A DNA stretch of 64,000 nucleotides, taken from assembly GCF_018977255.1 (NCBI RefSeq), contig NW_024704749.1, forward strand, positions 21,080,001-21,144,000, in the 5' to 3' direction. Shown here piece after piece: positions 56,467 to 64,000 of the stretch (its first letter is position 1; the number at the start of each line of letters is the position of its first letter). The translations under genes were made by a program, and so were the position numbers. Source of the stretch: Callorhinchus milii. Lineage: Eukaryota. The notes beneath the pieces were generated by a model that was not told where the DNA came from, did not search any database, and was given only the letters and a program-made list of their open reading frames with translations.

Positions 56467-59400
56467 TTAAACAAGATTGGTTTCATTTCGAAAGTAAATG
56501 TTCTCCCACGCGATGGTCTTCCACACGCAAAAAAAGGTGCAGAGGTTCTTGACAATGCCCTGGTCAAAAGGGTTCTCCTCTGTGCTGCAGTGCTTGAGAT
56601 AGGAGATGCGATGGCGGGACATGAACTCCCAGGTGGTGGTGTTGTTGGAGACCAGGTAGAGGTGTGAGACCAGCAGCAGCAGCACCACAGCCAAACAAAC
56701 GCTGATCAGAACAAACGCCATAAGCAGGAACGCGTTAAGCCTCAGCCAATCATTCCACGTGATGGCGGGCGAGAAGCCAGACCTGGGTGAGAGAGAGTAA
56801 TAAACTAACGGACCAACAACAAATTAAATTGTACAGAGCCTTTCACGTCAGGAAGATGTCCTAAGGCGCAGAAAAAAATAATACAGTAAATTTCATACAA
56901 GTCGTATCAGTTGGGGCTATACATTTAACATGACTTATGCAACATATGAGTTATGTCAAACTTGCACAAGTCATATAAAGTTATGTAGAAGTCGGATTTT
57001 ATATGAACAACACGAAACAAATACACCAGTACTGTACTGTCTGGTCACATTAAGGTAAGGTTTCTATACCATCTTTACCCCGTGTATATTAAAGCAATGG
57101 TCGCCTATACTTTCTATATATACTACTGCACGTATACTGATGGCTGTGAGCTAAACACTGCTGCTCCCAGTGGACGAAGCATAAAAGCCCTGAGCTCCAC
57201 TTACAACAACAACAACCACCTTTTGTGCCAGGAGGATGACCAAAGGTGTGGTCGACTAGGAAGGTATTTGGCCTTGAAGGAAGCAATGGAGTAGGTGGGG
57301 CGGAGGAGCTCCGGGATGGAGTTCCAGAGGGTGGACGCAGAGGCTGAAGGCATGACCTCTGATGATGGAGTGGGCAAGCCAGTATCCGCCAAGCGGGCAA
57401 GTTAGTAGGGTTGTAGTAAGTCACAGAGGGAGGGTGAAGCGACTTACCAAGCAATATGGAAGCCCCACAGTAGTATGAAGAGCTGCAGTGCCAGGTAGAG
57501 CACAAACAGACGATGGTTCCTCTCCCCCACGCAGTTCTCTATCCAGGGGCAGTGATGGTCATACCTGCGCACACAGTGCTGACACGTGTGGCAATGCTTT
57601 GCACGCATCGGCTGCTGTTGACGACAAAACACATTCAACTGAAGCGCTTCAAGACATTGTCCCGACCTGAGACGCAAAGGGTATTATAATCGTTCTACTC
57701 AAACCCAAACAGTTGGGAGGTTCTACAGGGTGTCCACAAAGTCCTGTTACTGCCACCCCCCCCAACCCCCGCCCACCTCCCCCTTACAAAACAGCGATAG
57801 AGGACAACGGAGGAGCTGAAACAATCTGTCAGAGATGCATTTCGCCTCCTCACTCCATCCATCCACGTTACAGAAGATGTTGCATCGAACATGGCGACGG
57901 ATCATTATCTGCCATGAAAATGATGGCGCTCGCACTCACACACACAGCGATCCCCTGGACAGTCTAAATACAGTTAAACGCTTGTACCGAATACAATGAA
58001 GCAATTTCTAAATAAAATTATCATCATTCTTCCACATGTTTCGGTTGTTGTTCAGGGCACTGTAGAAAAACAACGAGGGGGGGTAACGGGACTTTGTGGA
58101 CACCCTGTACACAAACAGAGGTATGACCCCAATGGTACGGTTTTACATCCAGAATTCACTCTCTCGTTTGTTTGATCGTAACCGTTGTTTTATAATCCCG
58201 TTGGCGTGGACTGAATTCCCACCTGGATCAGGCAATACCCACAGCGTCTCAGTCGCAAGGTTTTCTGTTCTCCTGGGATCATTGGTTCCTTCTCTCCCTC
58301 AGCAGCAGCCTGGCTTGTTGCAGAATCCTGGGACAGCTGGAAACCAGACAGTTGTAACACGGTTCATTGAAAACATTTTATTATCAAAGGAATTTCTTTT
58401 CCTTCCCCCTGGGAACTAGTGAGTCTCATCACTGAGCATCGGCCACTTACAAAGCTCATTGCAAACTCGTTTTCAATAATTTCACAAGTAACTAAATCTG
58501 TAATATTTCTTAAAATTTGGGAAAATATTTGCCATTCTTTCGCCCACAAAATATACAGTCAATTCACTTTATAGTATATTCTGTGAAGCGCTTTGCAACG
58601 TCTCAACGATGTGATAAGTTAAGCAAGATAAATGGAGTTGAGGTACAAATCAGCCATGATCTAATAGAATGACAGAACAGACTTGAGGGGCTGAATGGCC
58701 TCCTCCTGTTCCTATGTTCCTTTATGATAAAGAAGGAGCTATATCAAATTCAAGGATTATTATTCTTATTATTCTGTCTTGATTTTTAACCGGCTGTCAG
58801 TTGGAACAATAACAGCAACGAGTTACATTTGTATAGTGCCTTTCACATCAGATATTGGCATCAAGAGTGGAAACCCCCCCACCCCACCCCCTCCCCCCCC
58901 CCCACACACACACACACCTTTACCTCTTCATCAGCTGTGACATAGCCCGGATCCATGAGGGAGATGATAAAATACAGCAGCACTGAGCACAGGACCAGCA
59001 GCACAAAGCAGACTGGCTGGAGGAGGTCACCGCGCTGCTCGCTCTGTCGCAGATCTGTAACCATCGAACAAAATAAATACATAATTCACTCACACACACA
59101 CCCCTCACTGTTCCCTTTACACACACACACTTTCGCAGACAGTTCCCTTGACACATAGNNNNNNNNNNNNNNNNNNNNNNNNNNNNNNNNNNNNNNNNNN
59201 NNNNNNNNNNNNNNNNNNNNNNNNNNNNNNNNNNNNNNNNNNNNNNNNNNNNNNNNNNNNNNNNNNNNNNNNNNNNNNNNNNNNNNNNNNNNNNNNNNNN
59301 NNNNNNNNNNNNNNNNNNNNNNNNNNNNNNNNNNNNNNNNNNNNNNNNNNNNNNNNNNNNNNNNNNNNNNNNNNNNNNNNNNNNNNNNNNCACACACACA

Positions 59401-59479
59401 GGGACAGATCCCCTCACACACACACACACAGGGACAGATCCCCTCACACACACACACACACACACACAGGGACAGATCC

Positions 59480-59510
<31 letters not shown>

Positions 59511-59993
59511 GGGACAGATCCCCTCACACACANNNNNNNNNNNNNNNNNNNNNNNNNNNNNNNNNNNNNNNNNNNNNNNNNNNNNNNNNNNNNNNNNNNN
59601 NNNNNNNNNNNNNNNNNNNNNNNNNNNNNNNNNNNNNNNNNNNNNNNNNNNNNNNNNNNNNNNNNNNNNNNNNNNNNNNNNNNNNNNNNNNNNNNNNNNN
59701 NNNNNNNNNNNNNNNNNNNNNNNNNNNNNNNNNNNNNNNNNNNNNNNNNNNNNNNNNNNNNNNNNNNNNNNNNNNNNNNNNNNNNNNNNNNNNNCACACA
59801 CACAGGGACAGATCCCCTCACACACACACNNNNNNNNNNNNNNNNNNNNNNNNNNNNNNNNNNNNNNNNNNNNNNNNNNNNNNNNNNNNNNNNNNNNNNN
59901 NNNNNNNNNNNNNNNNNNNNNNNNNNNNNNNNNNNNNNNNNNNNNNNNNNNNNNNNNNNNNNNNNNNNNNNACACACAGGGACAGATCCCCTG

Positions 59994-60024
<31 letters not shown>

Positions 60025-60602
60025 GGGACAGATCCCCTCACACACACACACACACACAGGGACAGATCCCCTCACACACANNNNNNNNNNNNNNNNNNNN
60101 NNNNNNNNNNNNNNNNNNNNNNNNNNNNNNNNNNNNNNNNNNNNNNNNNNNNNNNNNNNNNNNNNNNNNNNNNNNNNNNNNNNNNNNNNNNNNNNNNNNN
60201 NNNNNNNNNNNNNNNNNNNNNNNNNNNNNNNNNNNNNNNNNNNNNNNNNNNNNNNNNNNNNNNNNNNNNCTCAGGAACAACCCCCCCCACCGCTCCCCTC
60301 CCCCCGGGGTGGGTGAGGTTGGGGGTGGGGGTGAGGTGAGGGGGGAGTGAGGTGAGTGGGGGTGGGGTGAGGTGCGGGGTGGGTGAGGTGGGGGGTGGGG
60401 GTGAGGTGAGGGGGGGGTGAGGTGAGGTGGGGGGTGGGGGGTGAGGTGAGGGGGGGGTGAGGGGGGGTGGGGTGAGGGGGGGGTCACCTGTCTGGTGCAG
60501 GAACAGGGTCAGGGTGACGGCCCAACTCAGCGCCGTGTGGAAAATCCGCACCAAAAACCCGGCGGAGAACAGACTCCGGAGCCGCGCGGGGCCCGAGCCC
60601 AT
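56467..60602 (-). CDS. ZDHHC12: Palmitoyltransferase ZDHHC12, 5 exons, 279 aa
   Basis: Exons 60602-60488, 59054-58918, 58327-58223, 57614-57448, 56782-56467 (840 nt). [84 protein letters not shown]. Confidence 0.93.
57726..58107 (+). mobile_element. Non-autonomous Tc1/mariner MITE with TIRs and TA target duplication
   Basis: TA|CAGGGTGTCCACAAAGTCCTGTTAC ... GTAACGGGACTTTGTGGACACCCTG|TA; internal remnant resembles a mariner transposase C-terminus ([10 protein letters not shown]...CHENDGA). Confidence 0.85.
59391..60080 (+). repeat. (CA)n-gggacagatcccct minisatellite interrupted by assembly gaps
   Basis: Repeated cacacagggacagatcccctca units between N runs. Confidence 0.9.
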
Positions 60603-60871
60603 CTCTGTCTGTCTGTCCCCCCCCCCCCGGGGCCGCCGTCACCTCCCCCCTCCACCCCCTCCCACCTCTCTCTCTCTCGGGGCCGCGGCACCGGATATCC
60701 GGTCGGTTGCCCGGGGAGACGGGGCTGCGGCCAGTGAATGGGTCACGTGGCGGGGCGCTCTGGGGGCCGGAGCTAAAGCCCGGAGCGGAGCGGGGCGGCC
60801 ACTCTGGACTGGAGCCGAACCTCGTGGGGATTTGGGGGGAGGGGGTGGGGGTGGGGTTTGAATCAGAGGCA

Positions 60872-61110
60872 AAACGCGGCAGAGGCTGGCAATCTGCGGT
60901 CAACACCGGGAGAGCACAGCGCTCAGCAGGAGGTCAGGCGGCATCTGCGGAGAGAGGGCGGTGCGGCGACGTTTCGGGTCAAGGACCTCTCGTCCCCCCG
61001 ACGTTAGCTCACTTTCCTCTCTCCATAGATGCCGCCTGACCCGCTGAGCGTCGGTCGGGGTTCCTCGCCACTTCTGTGTTTGTTTCAGATTTCCAGCCGC
61101 CGCGGTATCT
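60872..61110. mobile_element. Palindromic Penelope-like/MITE element upstream of ZDHHC12
   Basis: Arms cgctcagc..ggtcaggcggcatctg.ggagagagg and cctctctccatagatgccgcctgacccgctgagcg; outer arms gctggcaatctg / cagatttccagc. Confidence 0.6.
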
Positions 61111-61261
61111 GGTGGGGGGTTTCTCTTTGCCCGGCCGGGTGGCTGACACGCGCGGAAACCCACCACCGCTGCTCAAGAGTCTCCAAACCAACCTGAGAAT
61201 TCCACGCATCCCACCCACGCATGGGAATCCCAGAGATAGATTGTTGGAAGGGTGTGGTGTG

Positions 61262-61293
<32 letters not shown>

Positions 61294-61856
61294 GGAGGGA
61301 CGCATCCTGCTTACCTAATTCCAGAGAGTATTAGGCGCAGGTTGGCAAGAGCTAAGGCTTGGGGATCCTAGAGTGCGCGTTGGGGGCGACTCCTGGAGTC
61401 GAACCAGCTAAAACCACATAACGTGCCATCGATATCGCCGTCTGGCAAACTTTCCCACTGCTTGTCCCGCTGGGACCCATTAGGGCTTTGGTTTGCAGGG
61501 TTAACAGGAGTTGAGTGGGAGGATTCCCTGCCCCCAGTGCCTGGTCTGGCCCTTCCAAGTCCTGCCAATGGGCAAGGCTGGCTGCGCTGGGATCCGGACT
61601 ACTGAGGCCGCCACAGAGGGATGGCTCGATTCCGACATTCCATCGCCAAACACGTCACCTTAGAGCCATCCTGTCCAGCTTGAGCCAAGAACGGAGCAAA
61701 GATACCGCTCTCTGCTTTGACGTCCAACCTCCAGTTGATCCCTTTTAATCATTTCCCGAAAAGCCTAACAGCGCGGTGCTGGGGGAGTGCAGTGTTGTCG
61801 GAGGTGCCGTCCTTCAGGTGAGATGTTAAACCGAGGGGTCGAATGTCCCTATCCAG

Positions 61857-62185
61857 GTGGAGTCCTGTAGCTCAGTGGTTAGAGCACTCGCTTTGCAAGC
61901 GAGAGACCTGAGTTCAATTCCCGGCAGGTCAGGGCAAAACCTTGGGCAAGTTTTCTTACTCCACACAGAGCCTAATAATAATCCTCCAAAACCAAAACAA
62001 TAATAAATTGGTCATTTTCAATCTACGACTGTTTGTGGACACTGCTGTGCGCAATTGGCTGCCGCGTTCGCCCACAAATATACAGTCAATTCACTTTACA
62101 GTGTATTCTGTGAAGTGCTTTGGGACGTCCTCCCGACGTGAAAAGCGCTATATCAAATGCAAGGATTATTATTATTATATTATTA
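61857..62185 (+). mobile_element. Young SINE nested inside an older DeuSINE (host ~61770-62400)
   Basis: Host reads ...aaaccgagg..caggtgga | insertion | tgttagagatcccgtgg... Confidence 0.85.
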
Positions 62186-63629
62186 TGTTAGAGATCCCGT
62201 GGTACCGTTCAAAAGAGAAGGTGAGTTTCTACCGGTGTCCCAGCCAATAATCCCCCAGATAAGAGTGGTCGTTTGGTTCACAGCTGGTTGTGGGGCATTG
62301 CTGTGTGCAAATTGGCTGCCGCGTTTGCCTGCAAATATCCTGGGAATCACTTTGAGACATCCTCCTTCCTGATGTGAATAACAACAACCAGTTGCATTTA
62401 TATAGCTCCCTTCAGGCAAGGTAACGTCTCAGAGCGCTTAACACTTTATCGAATGCATGAAACCCGTAACAAGTAATCATTTTATCAAATACACAGATTA
62501 TTTTTTATTAAACTATTGGTACAAAAGTTCTATTAATATGGTCGTAAAGACATGGATAATGCATCTTTAAATGAAACACACTGCACAAGATTGTTCTGTT
62601 TCTGTATTGCAAAACATTCTGCTTCCAGTTGAGCCCAAACTTATGACTCAAAAGAGTCCAGAGTTCAAATCCCAATGGGTTCGCTCAGCCCTTCAACCTG
62701 TAAACGGGTTCTCCCTGAAATTGAAGTGCTTCCTCAGAGACCCGGCAAAGCCAGACAGACCCACACTACTCCGTGTGACAACGACTGTCTGCTTGACTCG
62801 AAAGGGAGTCTGGAACAGCCATTCTATAAGATTAGGGCTGGAAAGATATCGAGGTACGATTTTGATTCTCCCACGGTTATTGTTATGGAGTAAATTTTTC
62901 GTGAGGAACTTTCTACACTGTGTCTGACTGACATAACTACAGACCTGTAAGTTAGAAAATAAATTGCTATAAGTTCAGTTGATTCGTCCACAAAATATAC
63001 AGTTAATTCACTTGACAGTATATTCTGTGAAGCGCTTTGAGACGTCTCGAAGACGTGGTAAGGCGTTGTATCAAATGCCAGGATTATTATTATTATTAGG
63101 TAGCTTGGGACGTTTGTACATGCGACCGACAGGAAGCTGGAAGGCGAACTAGATGGCCCTTAATCTTTTTGAGTCTAGCATTTCTTGCGTTCTTATGTTA
63201 TGTTCTTATTATCGTTTAATTTTGCACCTTTCCACTTTTAAACTGACGTGAAGGTATATTGACTGTGTAAATCTCACTGCATTTGGGCATTTGCTCTGTT
63301 TGATCAGACTGTTGAGTGAAATGAGAGAGCGAGTTTCTGACTAACAGTGATGGAACTTTGCTGGAAATGGGAAAGTGCGGCGTTCCATTGTTGAGCATTT
63401 TTATTCTCTCTGCAGGAAGAGGAACGCATCAGGAAATGATTCCCTCCCCCCCCCATCCACCCCACCCCACTCTCCCCCCCAGGGAGGAGCAAGAGGCAGG
63501 GGGAGGGTTGGGCCCTTCCTCGGTGTTTGTTACCAGGCGCAGGACATCTCGGATGCTGCGTCGCTGTTTCGTCGGGTCCTCGCCGGAGACCAACCAACCT
63601 CGGACCGGGTGTCATCAGCGTAACCTGGG

Positions 63630-63691
63630 CTAGTCCAGCGGCTGTATCGCTTGCTGTTCGGCTTGTTCCACACCCGCGGTTTGGTGTTCAT
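63630..63691 (-). CDS. Probable terminal coding exon of an unidentified minus-strand gene
   Basis: Acceptor gggtttgtgttttcag at 63707-63692; phase-1 reading DEHQTAGVEQAEQQAIQPLD* (a phase-0 alternative runs to 63530); CpG-rich non-repeat sequence; minus-strand AATAAA near 62504-62509. Confidence 0.35.
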
Positions 63692-64000
63692 CTGAAAACA
63701 CAAACCCGTCAACTGTATAGAATCATAGAATCTTACAGCACAGAAGGAGGCCATTCGGCCCATCGTGCCTGTGCTGGCTCTTTGAAAAGAGCTATCGAAT
63801 TAGTCCCACTCCCCCGCTCTTACCCAATAAATCATTCATTATTGTATTATTATAATAATATACACTTTACAGTATATTCTGTGAAGCTCTTTGAGACGTC
63901 TGAACAACGTAATAAGGCTCTATATCAAATGCAAGGATGGTTATTATTATTATTGTCGGGGATGCCATCCTTCAGATGGGGGGGTGTTAAACCGAGCTCC

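Overview
Eukaryotic (vertebrate) genomic DNA with GT-AG introns, CpG-island promoters, N-gaps and very dense retroposon fragments. The repeat repertoire (tRNA-Ala-headed SINE with Deu-type 3' part, SacSINE1-like DeuSINEs, CR1/L2 tails, Penelope-like palindrome) points to a cartilaginous fish, probably a holocephalan (inference). Genes assembled by hand from splice sites, in order: EDF1 exon 1 (-); UAP1L1 (+, 9 exons, 1-bp frame break in exon 1); SAPCD2 (+, 7 exons, frame break in exon 1); ENTPD2 (+, 9 exons); a second tandem cell-surface NTPDase, ENTPD8-like (+, 9 exons); PPIL3 (+, 6 exons); ZDHHC12 (-, 5 exons); and a probable terminal exon of an unidentified minus-strand gene. The most intriguing pattern is that retroposon 3' tails repeatedly sit antisense just after splice donors and sense just before acceptors, so intron ends are mutually complementary. 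This needs a statistical null test. Other observations: two NF-Y (CCAAT) tandem arrays, a solo LTR with a 4-bp TSD nested in another repeat, Tc1/mariner MITEs, and an ACR1 His->Arg change in ENTPD2. No CRISPR, rRNA or bona fide tRNA gene was seen.
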